Positions 47,685 through 61,342 of a DNA stretch of 64,000 nucleotides are shown piece by piece. The notes under the pieces are model-generated. The model ran no database searches. It had not been told where the DNA came from and saw nothing but the letters and a program-made list of their open reading frames with translations. Numbering within the stretch: the first letter of the stretch is position 1; each line of letters opens with the position of its first letter. The translations under genes were made by a program, and so were the position numbers. Source of the stretch: Octopus sinensis (Eukaryota); NCBI RefSeq assembly GCF_006345805.1, contig NC_042997.1, forward strand, positions 87,234,001 to 87,298,000. The letters run 5' to 3'.

Positions 47685-50600
47685 TTGCACAGTTTTCGAA
47701 ATATACCCCCATCCCACCTTTTTTTTTCTTAATTCTTTTTCTTCCTCATTTTCAAGATATTTCCCTCCTTATTCCACCACCAAGATGAAATAAACTTTGG
47801 GTGTGATTTTTTTTTGATTTATATATTTTTTTTTTGCCGACATTTAAAAAAATATTATATGTTTATTTTATTAACCATTATAAAATCATTCACAAAACTA
47901 AACAGAAAAAAATGGAAGATGAAAGGAAAGAAATATTTATTTTTTTGTCATACAATCCTGTATAAAAATCATTTAAAAAGAAAACTTCAGTGATTTAACT
48001 TTTTTCTCTGGAACATCTGATTTTGAAATGACTATACTGTATTTTGATTTTTTTTCTTGTCTTATTTAAAAAAAAAAATTTACAGACTCAAGCTCTGTAA
48101 CTTATTTCATTTAATCAGTGGCAAGTAGTAGAAGTAAATTTCTCAGGATCTGTTATGGATCTGACAGAAGACCTCGTTTTGATATTGGATTCAAGGGAGA
48201 ATACATTGAATTCTCAGGTGCATTAGAAATTTAGGTTCAGTACAATTTACAAATGTATCCATATCATCTTAAGTTGCCAACAGAAAAGATTGGTACTTAT
48301 CAGTTGGTACATTGTCTCTCTGCTGCTTAAAGCAGGACACTGCAGCTCTCTGTGGTTGCTAATGGACTTGACTATTAAGAAATAACTGTTTTTGTCAGAG
48401 ATATCATACATCACATCTTTGATCTGTAAACACTTTATCAACTCGATGGTCAGCTGTGATAATGAAGAAAAAAGTATGAAAATACATTGAATCTTCCAAC
48501 TCTTCACATGAAATCATTCATGGAATGATATAAGTTAGATATTGGAACCTACCTTTGAACTCCACAAATTATGTTTTAAAATAGTAGCTCGAACTGTTTT
48601 AATATATTTTTACTTATTCTCTTATCAAGCTACGAGAATCTAATCTTGATTCGTCATCATATCTAATACCAAACATACACACTATATATATATACATACA
48701 TACATATGGCAAGTTGTGTAAGTCATAGAGGCACTACAGGAGACCTGGCATTCATGTAGTGCATCTACTGTGAGTCAGTTTGTCTGCACTCTCAGGAAGA
48801 GTTCAACTCAGCACTGCAAGTTAATGAAATATTCATCAATTTTGGAGTGCTACTACAGGTCTACAGGTTACAACAGTAACTTGTTCTCTGTGGTATCTAT
48901 TTACAGCCAGGTAGAATTTGACATTGAAGTGCCTGTGTCAGGATACAAACTTCTAATTACTTAGTTGGTTGTCCAATACACTGCCAATGTGGTCATCTGT
49001 GCATTCTTCCATCTCCCTGCTCACTTCCTTCTTTGTGTATGTGTGTGTGTGTATATATACATACACACACACATCTATTTGTCTAAATTTGTAGACTAAA
49101 TCAATAATGTTGTTTAAATGTAAATTGATTTGTTTTCTTAATGAAATTTCAGTTAATTCTTGGTTCAAAACTATTTGTTTTCTATTTTGATGTAGAAGGT
49201 TCTATTATTTATTCAATTTTTATCCCCATTTGCATGGGCTGTTTTCATTATAAGCTTTTCAATATAAGATTGATTAAAACCAATTAATTTGTCATGAAAA
49301 GCATATCAATAAAGAAAATAAACTGAAGTTTTTCCAAACAAAACTTGTGAGAATGCCATTATTTTGTACACATCTTTTATTTTTCTACAAATATATTACT
49401 TAGGAATTACAGATAATTTTTTTTAAGCCAATCGGCAAATTGGTAAGGGAAGTTTTCACAAGCTATAAAATATGAGGACAAAAGATAACTAATCAGAAAC
49501 ATAATGTTGCCAATGTAGTGGGGATGAAAAATAGTAAACATTTAGAATAGTGGGAACCGACCGGGGTATCATGCCCTTAGTGGCATTGAAATGAAATAGG
49601 CAAGGAATTGTCACTGTATGAATGCTGGATTAGCATCACAAAAAATGCCTTGCTTTATTTATATACAACCATTTATATTCTGAGTCCAAATTTTGCCATA
49701 GTTGACTTTGCATTTCATCCTCCAGAGTTGATAAAATAAAGTACCAGTCAAGCACTAGGGTCAGTATAATCACTTATACCATCCACTAGAGGGCTTGTGC
49801 CAGTATAAGAAATTACTGTATCTACAGAGATGATGGCAGTGAAACAATGGGTGGTAGAAAGCCAGGTTAAATGCCTGAACTGTGTTTAGTTTTGTCATAC
49901 TAAAATCTGAGTTCAAAATACTGCTTAAGTCAGTTTTCCTTTTCATACCTCTCAGGCCCAATAAAATAAATACCAGTCATTTATTGTATTGAAAAAAGTA
50001 AATATCTTCTACGTTTTGAATGCTGTTAAGGATCAATACTTAGCTTTGGTTTCATGGTATTTAGTAAAGATGGAAATTGTCCTCTCAGTAGAATGTTGGT
50101 CCATCACAAGTAGCATCCTCAGTTTATCTGGCACCTCTTCTCAACCTTAGATAAATGGGAATAATGTTGAATAATGTATTCTGCCTCAGAACTACAAATG
50201 TCTGGGAGCCTTTATACTGTTGGTCAACCTACAAAAAACAGTAACCAAATTTCTTTCAAATCTTACTCTACTGTTATAACACTTTTGATACCAACCTGCC
50301 TAAGACTGCTCTTGAGACAAACATCCTGTTGTAAAATTATTAAAATTAAAATCTTCCATCAAAATTTCATGTTAATTTATATATCAAACACCAGCTTAAT
50401 GAAGGTTATTCTCCATTACTTGAAACAAAGGTAGGGTATTTCAACAGAGATATGGTAACAAAAGGGTTAAGCAAAGAGGAGACATTGGATAATGTAGTCC
50501 CAGATATAACTATTTCTTGAAAAAAAAAAAAAAAAGACTAGATAGGTTGCAGAACATCTTTGAGCATAGATCTATTAAGTCAGGGATGAAGTATAGCTAA

Positions 50601-51938
50601 ATAAAAAAGCAAAAACAAATACCTGCCAAGAACTTGAAACTGTTATTTTCAAGCAAGTACAATCAAATATATACTTGTGACCCTGTACTAATGTTTGGAA
50701 TTAATACAAAGGATGAGTGTTGCTTATACTGAAAGAGAGAAGGTTTTGATGAGCTGAGAAAGCAAACTATTTTTGATTTGGGAAAATCATTTCCAATCAC
50801 TTAGTGAAAATAAATACTTCTGCTGGTAAAGATTTGAATACTACAACATAGGCTAAGTCAGGATTTCACCAAAAGGAGTTTTACATATGGAAATATATCA
50901 ATCACTAGCCATCTAATTTGTATATTTGTATACATATAGATCATCATTTTACATCTGCTTTCATGCTGGTATGAGTTAGATAGGCTGTCACAATTCAAGT
51001 TACTGAGCTAGGTGGGTCAGAAGACCATATCTTGCTTACACATTTCATTTTTCTTGGTTTCAATGGCTTGATGCTTTTTCTTACATTAACTACTTTACAG
51101 AGTGTACTGAGTGCATTTTATCATGGCACAAGCATTAGAAAGATTGACATGTCCACAAAATTGATGAGTCCTCATGACCCCATGTTGAGAAGACTCTTTC
51201 AGTATATGTACATATACACTCATATTGGTGCCATGTAAAAGCACCTGTGTGGTAACACAAAAGCGCCTGTGTAGTGACGTAAAAGCACCTGGGCAGTGCC
51301 ATGAAAAAGCATCCAGCACACTCTGTAAAGTGATTGGCATTAAGAAGGGCATCCAACTGTAGAAACCAAACCAAATCAGACTGAAGTTTGGTGCAGCCCC
51401 CACCACTGGCTTACCAGCTCTGGTCACACCATTCAACCTATGCCAGCATGGAAAAACAGATGTTAAATGATGCAGATTCTGTTTTGCAACTTACTTGGCA
51501 ATCACACTAGTGCTAGTGGCACAAAAAGGCACCCAGAACACATTGTAATGTTGTTGACATTAGGAAGAGAATCCAGCCATAGAAAATATGCCAAAGCTGG
51601 TAGTGGAGCTTGGTGCAGCTCTGTTTTGTGAGATCCTATCAAACCATCCAAATCATGCCAACATGGAAAATAGAAGTCAAATGATGATGACGAAGATTCA
51701 ACTGAACTTGTTGAACCCCTACCAGCTAAGTATGTGCACCGCTTCCCATTCTTCTTAGTGAGAATAAACCAATATTATATCAATACAGCAGAATATGGAA
51801 AGGAATTGTCAATAAATTACATTTCTAGTAAAGAAAAGAATAATGTTCTGTAAAGCAATTTGTTTATAAGCTAATAATTTGGAAGTACTTTTTGTTAATA
51901 TGTAGGAAAGGAATAAATAGGAACTCAGACTAAATATT

Positions 51939-52153
51939 GGTTTCAAATTTTGGCACAAGGCCAACAGTTTCATGGGGTGGGTTTAGTTGATTATATTGAC
52001 CCTAGTGCTTAACTGGTACTTATTTTATTGACCCCGAAAGGATGAAAGGAAAAGTCAACCCCAGTGGAATTTGAACTCAGAGTGTAAGGATGGATGAAAT
52101 GCTGCTAAGCATTTTGCCTGGCATATGAACAATTCTGCCAGCTCACCACCTTA
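51939..52153 (-). mobile_element. tRNA-derived SINE, family B, with a 17-bp TSD
   Basis: aactcagactaaatatt (51922-51938) and aactcagaccaaatatt (52154-52170). Confidence 0.85.
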
Positions 52154-52897
52154 AACTCAGACCAAATATTAGGTAAACAAAAAAGGTGCAGTGGGACTTG
52201 TAGTGCTTTGAGGAGAAAACAGAGAATCAAGATTTCAAATGTGCTAGCTGAGGAGGAATAGTAACCAGTAGAAACATTCATAAAATAAAAGTCCATGAAC
52301 TGTTCAGACAGTTTATTAGGTGTTATTAATACTTTCATTTTCTATTGTGGAGCTAATTATGAAGTGATATGCTGAAAGTACGAAACTTAGGGCATGAAAA
52401 GAAACAAAGATATTAATTTTACTTGGTTACAAAAGTATTTCCTTTTAGTGTATATGACAAAATATGCAGCCATTTTAAGAAATAGTAGTTTTGTCTTGAT
52501 TGAGCAGACCTATCACCAAAGGTGTTGCAGTCATGAACAACTTATATTTTTTGTTTATCAATGTGTCCATCCTTTTTTAAGATGGTATCATATGATGTGT
52601 AGGGATTTGACTGTTAAAGGTTTTGTTAGATCATAGTGAAAGAGATAATGTTATATGATTGAGACACAAGATACTGAATATAAAACGTCTGCAATACTTG
52701 GAGAGAAATAACACACATGTGGTGTGTGTGTGAATGTTTATAATTCATGCTTGTCACCACTTGAGCAATAGCAGTGTGGATGTTGACATTCTCTGTTGAT
52801 GTTATGACTGGTTACTCTTATCTCAAATAACTTCCCACACAATCTCAAGCCAGCATGGAAAATGGCTGTTAAATGAAGGAATGAATACACACACATA

Positions 52898-53245
52898 TAC
52901 TCCTTTACTTGTTTCAGTCATTCGACTGCGGCCATGCTGGAGCACCGTCTTTAGTCGAGCAAATCGACCCCGGGACTTATTCTTTTGCCGAACCGCTAAG
53001 TGACGGGGATGTAAACACACCAGCATCGGTTGTCAAGCAATGCTGGGGGGCCAAACACAGACACACAAACATATACACACACATATATACAACAGGCTTC
53101 TTTCACTTTCCGTCTACCAAATCCACTCACAAGGCATTGGTCGGCCCGGGGCTATAGCAGAAGACACTTGCCCAAGATGCCACGCAGTGGGACTGAACCC
53201 GGAACCATGTGGTTGGTAAGCAAGCTACTTACCACACAGCCACTC
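52898..53245 (-). mobile_element. tRNA-derived SINE, family A, near-intact
   Basis: Minus-strand head gagtggctgtgtggtaag (A box) ... ccgggttcagtccc (B box), then cttgggcaagtgtctt, an internal (CA/TA)n tract and a 3' domain. Confidence 0.88.
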
Positions 53246-54564
53246 ATGAATTTTTTTCGAGCCATTCAATTAAAATTTCTTAAATAATACCCTACTTTTA
53301 CATATTCTATAATTTATTGCCATTTGGCAAATCAGTACACACACACAGAAAAACAGCTAGGTATTTTGTCTAATGCCCTAATGTGTCCTTATTTTTAATA
53401 TGGTAAAATATGATTTACAAAGATTTGGCCAGTTTCTAGCCAGTCCAGTGACATATTTTGCTTGCAGAGTAGAGCAGTAAAATATGCAAGTAGTATGAAA
53501 ATATATTCCTCTTGTGTCCATTATACTTTTTCAGTTTTATTTAGATTGTAATCATTTTTATCAAGTATGAATATATTTGCATCTAATGAAGCAGAGTTTT
53601 GCTCATTCTATCATCTATATACATCAAATTTAAAATATGCATCTCTCATTTTAACCTTGGGTCAAATGACATTTACATTGTTCATCATTCTTTGTTTAAG
53701 ACAGAGTTTGTCTGATGTTGATTTATCTTGTGTTCATTTAAATATTTACGCTTGGTAGCTAATGAGTAATTAGAGCAGACATTAACAAAATGTAATTTAT
53801 ATTAGATAAAAAGCAATATCATCAAAATACATCAAAGCATTACTTACACTGATATCATTTTTGTCTTCTTCTTTTTCATTGTTGTCATTGTTTTAACATC
53901 CACTTTTTCATGCTTACATGGGTCAGACAGAATTTTGCCAAGTCAGATTTTCTACAGCCAAGTACCCTTTCTGTTGCTAACCCTCACCTGTTTCCAAGTA
54001 AGGTAATGTTTTCCTATGACCAGACAATCAAACACGTTTTTATGGAAGACTTGGAACAAAGGATACCACTTGCATGACAGAGATATTCATTTTTGACTAT
54101 CACAACTATCATATGATGTCAAGGCAAGGAGATAGTAACAAACACACACACATTTGATGAGGTTTCTTTCAGTTTTTACCTACCAAATCCATTCACAAAG
54201 CTTTGGTTGGCCCAGAGCTATAGCAGAAAACACTTGCTTAAGGTTTTACACATTGAGACTGGACCAGGAACAATATAGTTGGGAGACTTCTTAACACACA
54301 GTCATGCTTGGATATTAATGGATATTCTTTTTTTGAGCAATGATATAGTGATGTCTGTTTATCAAGCTGGTGCTAGTTGTGTTATTGGGCCTGGAGCCAC
54401 TTTAGGTTCAAATTTTTTAAGGTCAATTTTACTTTTTATCCTTCAAAGATTGATAAAATAAAGTACCAATCAAGTACTGGAGTTACTTTAATCAATTATA
54501 CTGCTTCATCAATTTTGATGCCCATGTTAGAAATCATCATCATCATTATCATTAAAGGATAGGT

Positions 54565-54890
54565 GCATGGCTCAGTGGTTAGAGCATTGGATTCACAATC
54601 ATGAGGTAGTGAGTTTGATTCCTCTGTTGTGTTCTTGAGCAAGATACTTTATTTCATGTTGTTCCAGTTCACTTAGCTGTAGAAATGATTTGCAATGTCA
54701 CTGGTGCTAAGCTGTATTGGCCTTTGCCTTTCCCTTGGATAACATTGACGGCGTGGAGAAGGGGAAGCTAGTATCCATGGGCAGCTGTTGATCTTCCATA
54801 AACAATCTTGCCTGGACTTGTGCCTCTGAGGGTAACTTTCTAGGTGCAATCCCATAGTTATTCATGACCAAAAGGGCTCTTTACCCTTTA
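54565..54890 (+). mobile_element. tRNA-derived SINE, family C
   Basis: tggctcagtggttagagc (A box), gagtttgattcct (B-box-like) and tgtgttcttgagcaagatact domain. Confidence 0.8.
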
Positions 54891-54898
54891 TTATTATT

Positions 54899-55250
54899 AT
54901 TACCTCCACCTTCGCTAAGGTGGAGGTATTGTTTCCAGTTGTATTTGTTTGTCTGTGTACGAGATATCTCAAGAACTGCTGGATGGATTTGGATGAAACT
55001 TTCAGAGATGTTTCACCTCGTGACTGGCACAAACTGATTAAATTGGCATTGATCTGGCACCAGACAAGGATTCTGGATGGTTTTTTTACTTAATTTCTGA
55101 GAGTGGTTGTGTTCACTTTTAGTATTCCCTTTTGTGAGAGCAGTCAAGTTTATTTCAGATATTTTCATTTTAAAAATCATTACTGGCTAATCATTGAGAG
55201 GACATTTGTGTTGCTTTGGCAGAGGTTTGCACTCTCTGAGTGCTCTTGTT
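54899..55250 (+). mobile_element. Helentron-associated non-autonomous element (HINE/DINE-1-like)
   Basis: 5' hairpin acctccacctt-cgct-aaggtggaggt (54902-54927), ggatttggatgaaactt core, 3' subTIR ggcagaggt and hairpin gcactc-tct-gagtgc (55229-55243), within T-rich flanks. Confidence 0.8.
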
Positions 55251-56478
55251 ATTATTTTTTGCCTGACTCGTTACTGTGTCAGGTAAAATGCTTAGTGGAA
55301 TTTCATCCATCTTTATGTTCTGAGTTCAAATGCTGCTGAAGGTTGACTTTGCCTTTCATCCTTTTGGGGTCGATAAAATAAATACCAGTTGAGTACAGGG
55401 TATTGATGTTATTGACTTACCCATTCTCCTGAAATTTCTGGCCTTGTGCCAAAATTTGAAATCATTATTTGGTCTTATTAGAACTCCTTAGTAGAACATG
55501 GTTTTTTTAAAGATTTCAGTCAATTAAAATCTTTGGTTTATGATATACATTTGGTTTATGACATTATGTTAGTACCAATTTATTTGTTTTACAACACAAG
55601 ATACTTCCTTCCCTGTCATGCCTATCAATGCTTATTCTCTTAAACTCTATTTTTTAAGCATCTTAAGGTGATACTGAGAAAGACTGTATTTTGCAGAGGA
55701 GGTTTAATAAGACAGAAACATGTCTGGAATCACTAGTTTAAAAATAGATTTTCATTGGTTTTGATGATGAGTATTCGATTTGTTTGATCTACTGAACTAC
55801 CTGCTCACTGTATTAGCATGTAGAAGGCTGAGTATTCCACCAACGTATTGTTAATATAAGCCTCAGGCAGAATCAGCTGTGTGTCATAGTGGGACATTCG
55901 AATTACATGTACATTTCATCTGACTGGTTTCCACACAGTTTCTGTCTATCCTATTTCACTCACAAGTCTTGGACAAGTCTGAAACTAAAGTAAAATACAC
56001 TTGTCTAAGACTGAACCTGGGACCTTATGGTTGCAAACTTCCTGGCCATCAGCCATACTACACCTTTTTACTGTACTTGTCAAAGACAATACTCTTTTTC
56101 ATTGTATAGCATAATGGAATTATATTTTCTGATTAATTTTAGATAATTAACATTTTTGAGTTGCCTTTCATGCTTTTCGTCATCGGAGTTAACCACTAAG
56201 CTGATGAATATTATGCTAATAAATATTTCCTTGTCTCTACATTAATTATGTTAACACCAACTTGTCTAATATACTTCTACCTTATTTTAGTCTATTTTTT
56301 ATTGCCAAAAACTTTTAGTAAACTGTATATTGTATTTACCATGTAAATATATCCAGTTTCACTACTTGTTATATATTTTTGATTAGTAGTGAGATGTAGC
56401 ATAGAAGAATTCTTTTCCATCAGTCATTTGACATATACTAATCCTAGCCAAACTTTATCTATGTCCATGTATATATAT

Positions 56479-56706
56479 TTAATTCTTTAGCATTCTGATT
56501 ACTCTGTCATAGGCAATGCTTATTTATTCACATTGTTTTTAACTAATCATATATTATCTTGTAGCTTCAAGATTGTTATAACATGATTGTTTATTTTTAG
56601 ATTGACATTGTAGAATAATTGTGAGAGGCCTGATCTGGCTGGTTTGAATGTAAAACAAGTAGAATATTTTGGCTGGATATAACCAGTTTAAATGCGCATG
56701 GGTTAA
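56479..56706. mobile_element. piggyBac-like MITE (TTAA at both ends)
   Basis: ttaattctttagcatt ... aatgcgcatgggttaa; internal sequence matches 45626-45854. Confidence 0.7.
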
Positions 56707-57237
56707 ATGTATCATGTGAGCCCTCAAGTGAGGGTAGTGGCCTATTGGTTAGGGTACTGCACACATGATTTTAAGATTGTGCTTTTGATTCCCAAACCAG
56801 TAGAGTGTGGTGCTCTTGAGCAAAGCATTTCATTTCACATTGCTCTGCAATCACTTTGACACCTGTACAGGTAATGCTAATTTCATGGAGAAAGTGAGCT
56901 AATGTACAGCATAGACATCTGATTGCTATAAACAATTCATCTACAGGTTATTCAACAAGAAATTGTGGTAACTTCACCTGTCATCCATGACAAGAAAGTC
57001 CATCAACATTGTGTGTGCATGTTTTCAATTTAACTAGGAACTAAGTTGAAAGCAATCTAAAACATGATAAATTTGGAAAAAAGATTGAATGAATGATAAA
57101 GAGATAAGTTGATTAAAACATAGGATGTTCAAATATATATACTTTGATAGAAAAACAAAATTTTAATATTTGTGGAAAATAAATAAGAGAATGACGACTA
57201 GTGATTTAAAAACCAAGGAAATTTAATTGACTTGGTG

Positions 57238-57295
57238 TCAAGAATGTAGATTTCTTATAAATTCCACGACTATAGAACTCCATCCAGTTTGATGA
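57238..57295 (-). CDS. GH63-like glycoside hydrolase (YMR196W-like), last coding exon (HQTGWSSIVVEFIRNLHS*)
   Basis: ttttttacag acceptor; phase 2 completes the Ser of ASHQTGW; TGA at 57240-57238. Confidence 0.9.
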
Positions 57296-58249
57296 CTGTA
57301 AAAAATGAAAAGATGATATAAGATTAAAGTAAGCATGGGAAAATATTTGGATGCTTGTATTTTTTTACCTGTATAAGAACAGAAAAAATTTCTAGTCATC
57401 AAAATCTTTAATCTTTTACTTGTTTAAATCATTGGACTCTGGTCATGCTGAAGCACTACTTTGAAGAGTTTTAGGCAAACGAATTGACCCTGGAACTTAG
57501 TTTTTAATGTCTGGTACTGATTCTGTTGGTTTCTTTTGCCGAACTGCTAAGTTACTGGGATGTAAACAAGCCAACACCAATAGTCAAACAGGTCACACAC
57601 ACACACACATGAATATATACAAAATTTTTAAAATATGGAATTTCTAATTCATGTTAAGAGTGAGGAATGGACAGTTGATTGAAGATAATGAAAAACAAGT
57701 TCTTTAATACCTTTTATGAACACTATAAAATAAATAAACTGACTGATCAGTACACCCCTAAACACTTATAGGAGAGCCTGCAAGAAATAGCAGCCAAATC
57801 TTTCTAAAATCACTCCCTATATCTCAAAAAAAATATTGACACCTTTCACAAAGAACTCCTTGATATAGAAAAGAAAGGCATAGCCATGGTTGGAATGCCT
57901 TGGATCATAGGTCTGCTTGACCTAGGTTTAAGTAGTAGCAGCAATAACAAAAGTGCCACTACTGCCACCAATGATGACAATATATTTTAGTTTCATGTTT
58001 TTAAGCTAATACATTTGATTTAAATGTTTGCATATTGTAGATGTAACTATTTTGTTTACTTGGCTGCCCTTTCCACTACTTGTGAATGGCTTTTCAGATA
58101 AAAGCATAATTTCTTTGTTTGCAGTTAAAAATATAAGCATCTTAACTTATGCGAGCAACACTGTCACATATCTTCATAACTAGGTTGATCAGAAAAAATA
58201 AAAACAACATATTACTTAAATTTATAACTAAGGCAATGTTAGTGTAATA

Positions 58250-58467
58250 CATTGGCCTCAAATTTTGGCACAAGGTCAGCAAGTTTTGGGGTGAGGGTAA
58301 GTCAATTACATCAACCCCAGTGCTCAACTAGTGTTTATTTTATTGACTCTGAAAGGATGAAAGGTAAAGTCAACCCCAGTGGAATTTTCCCTAAGAATGT
58401 AAAGATGGACGAAATGCCACTAAGCATTTTGTCAAGTGTGCTAACAATTCTGCCAGCTGGTCACCTT
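58250..58467 (-). mobile_element. tRNA-derived SINE, family B, with a perfect 14-bp TSD
   Basis: atgttagtgtaata at 58236-58249 and 58468-58481. Confidence 0.85.
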
Positions 58468-59893
58468 ATGTTAGTGTAATATATTAATGCAATTTCTGTT
58501 AGGCAATATTAATGATAATAAAAATACTCTGTAGTTATTTCAAAGTCATTCCAGACTGAGCAGACTTACGACGTAATGCATTCTATCTGTGATCATCCTG
58601 TCTTTCACTTTTTAATACTACATTGTCCAATGTAATGTCAAGATTTTATTTTTTTTCTAAGATGGTTGACTTTGATTTAATGAAAATTTGGTTGTTCTAG
58701 TAGGCTGAATGAATGCATTGAAGCTCCTCTGTGGACTTGTAAAAGCTCCCTAATTATCTACCATGTATATTTGCATATTTGCCAGAGTATAAGACATACA
58801 CATACATAAGACATGCCCCTGTTTTACAGTAAACTTTGCAAGAAAAATTAAGCAAAAACAAATTTAGTATACGTCATTATGCACTTATTGAAAGATATTT
58901 TATAATCATTTTGTAGGGACCAAATGTATGATTCTGTGCATGTAAATACAATTTTGTGATAGTATACTGGAATAAAATATGAAACCATATATTTATCACA
59001 AATAAACTGCATTATGGAAGTACCATATTTCAATGTTATGTTTACAAATCAAAAGATAGTTGTTTATATTTTGGCAAAGAGAATCCATAATATAAAAGTG
59101 CCCATGCTGGTACAATGTAAAAGCACCCAGTACATTCTGTAAAATGGTTGGCATTAGAAAGGGCATTCAGCCATAGAAACCATGCCAAAACAAACAACTG
59201 GAGCCTGGGCAGCCTTTGAGCTGACCAAATCCTGTCAAACCATCCAACCCCTGCCAGCATGGAGAACAGATGTTTGAAGACGATGATGACAGACAAGATG
59301 TTAAACATGCACATGGGACACATATACTAGACACAGACAAACACACATATACATGCAGATGTAAACGCATGCACAGATAGAGATATATACAACAGAAGGA
59401 CAAAATGGAATAAGCAGGACAAGAAGAGATGCATAGGACAGGAACAAAGAGTCACTGATGGGGTCACAGAAAGTGTGGTGAAAGAGTTTTGACAGACATA
59501 GATGGAAAATAATGTGAATTAAAACTAAAGTTAAAATCGAATAAATAGTGCGTGTGTTTAATTGGCAAAAAAAAACAAAACATCCCCAAGTATAGCAATA
59601 TGGAAATAAATCTTTTATTATAAATTAATGTAAGAACATTTTATTAAGTGCTATTTCAAACAAAAGGTGAATACTTATTATTAAAACCTTTCTAATTCTG
59701 GACTATTTTAAAGCTTAATTCAAATACACAAAGTATGTTAGGAATATGGTTACAAAATGGTTAACATGCACATACTTCCATTTCTATTAAAAAAAAAACA
59801 AAAAACTATTCACATGCTCTTATTTATAGCTTTATGTGTGCTTTGAGATCCACTGTTCCAAAAATGAATTATAAACTATAATGATATACTCAC

Positions 59894-59987
59894 CTAGCAC
59901 CACAACCGAGTCCGTTTTCTGCATTGAAATATTCATAGAATAGTACTATATGTCGTAAATAATCTTTTTGGTAAAGTGGTTCATTAC
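59894..59987 (-). CDS. GH63-like glycoside hydrolase, penultimate exon (GNEPLYQKDYLRHIVLFYEYFNAENGLGCGA)
   Basis: ttttctag acceptor and gtgagt donor; 94 nt; phases match neighbouring exons; LFYEYF..xNG.G.GA motif. Confidence 0.9.
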
Positions 59988-60027
59988 CTAGAAAATAAAT
60001 AAATAAATATGTAAGAAATTTTATATA

Positions 60028-60410
60028 TTCTTTTACTTGTTTCAGTCATTTGACTGTGGTCACGCTGGAGCATTGCCTTAAAGAGATTTTTTAGTTGAAG
60101 AAATCAACTTCAGGACTTATTCTTTGTAAGCCTAGTATTTATTCTATCGGTTTCTTTTTTCAAACCGAAGTTAAGGGGGAATAAACGCACCCTCAACATT
60201 GGTGGTCAAGCAATGGTGGGGGGACAGACACACACATAAATATATACACACATATATATACAATGGGCTTCTTTCAGTTTTTGTCTACCAAATCCACTCA
60301 CAAGGCTTTGGTTGGCTCAGAGCTATAGTAGAAGACATTTCCCCAAGTTGCCATGCAGTGGGACTGAACCCAGAACCATGTGGGTGGGAAGCAAGCTTCT
60401 TGCCATACAC
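60028..60410 (-). mobile_element. tRNA-derived SINE, family A
   Basis: Collinear with 52898-53245. Confidence 0.8.
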
Positions 60411-60659
60411 CTATTCTTCTTTACAAAATGGTTTAAAGCACATCAAATGATTAAAAAATAATTCTTTTACAATAGAATTTCTATTATCTTTACTTTGTTT
60501 GAACATAATGATTTTTAAATTAAAAGAAATGAAAACTTTACAGTTAATTGCTCAAAATGAATGCTAAGCATCCAAATTATTAAATAAATTTACTTGCTTA
60601 TTTATTATATTTATGCATGTATATCTTATTCAGTTCTTAATGTTAGATGGTGTATATGA

Positions 60660-61090
60660 ACAGTAATGCTACATGGTAGAGTAACGTGGGGTCTGAATGC
60701 AGAAGACATGTGAAGCTACAGAGGAATGAAGTTAGCATGCTTTGGTGGATGTGCAATGTCAGTATACATATGTGACAGAGTGTTAGTGTTTGAGGGAAAA
60801 AGCTGGGTATAAGAAAAATTAGATGAGTGTGCAAGAGAGAAGACTGTGTTGTTTTGGTCATATGATGTGTATGGATGTAGACAGTTTCATATAGAAGTGC
60901 TGACCACTTAAAATGCACTGAGTACACTCTGTGAAATGGTTGGTGATAAGAAGGGCATCCAGCTGTTGAAACCATGCCAGAACAGACAATAGAACCAGAC
61001 AATGAAGCCCTGGCCTTACCAGCTCTTGTCAAACCATCCAACTTGTGCCAGCATGGAAAATGGATGTCAAATGATAATAATGATGATGAT
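60660..61090 (+). mobile_element. Decayed RTE LINE 3' fragment with a (GAT)n tail
   Basis: RNEVSML.WMCNVS and VQERRL-like remnants followed by the aagggcatccagctg 3' block. Confidence 0.75.
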
Positions 61091-61162
61091 AAGAGTGGCT
61101 CAGTATTCTGGTTGGGTTCAATGTTAAAGACATTAAACAAATAAATAAAAGAGATTACTTAC

Positions 61163-61342
61163 CATGAAGTGGTCGGCAGCCTTCTCTGTTCGGGAGGAAA
61201 AGAGATACAATTCTTTTGGATATTTCTTTTCTTATATCCTGGAGGTTCTTTCTATCATTTGATCCAGTGGGGAACTCTACAGTATACTCATTGCCAAATG
61301 CTTTATAGTAAATATCTAAACATTCATGGAGCATGAAGTTCA
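61163..61342 (-). CDS. GH63-like glycoside hydrolase exon (MNFMLHECLDIYYKAFGNEYTVEFPTGS...SLFLPNREGCRPLH)
   Basis: ttttgtttccag acceptor and gtaagt donor; 180 nt; phase 1 on both sides; VE.PTGS and LFL....G.RP.HG motifs. Confidence 0.9.

Noticed and set aside
47590-47793. ORF MEKYPDEDLQMVIKEAKVDIPG...
   Set aside because: Alternative frame of DERL1 exon 8. The SHP-box frame is the one in phase with exon 7.
50940-51700. CRISPR-like regularly recurring motifs (aaaaagcacc..., catggaaaa)
   Set aside because: Units are irregular and degenerate and belong to RTE 3'UTR copies. Eukaryotic context, no cas genes.
53150-53245. tRNA gene
   Set aside because: A- and B-box-like motifs are present, but there is no closed cloverleaf or acceptor stem, and the sequence continues into a SINE body repeated many times.
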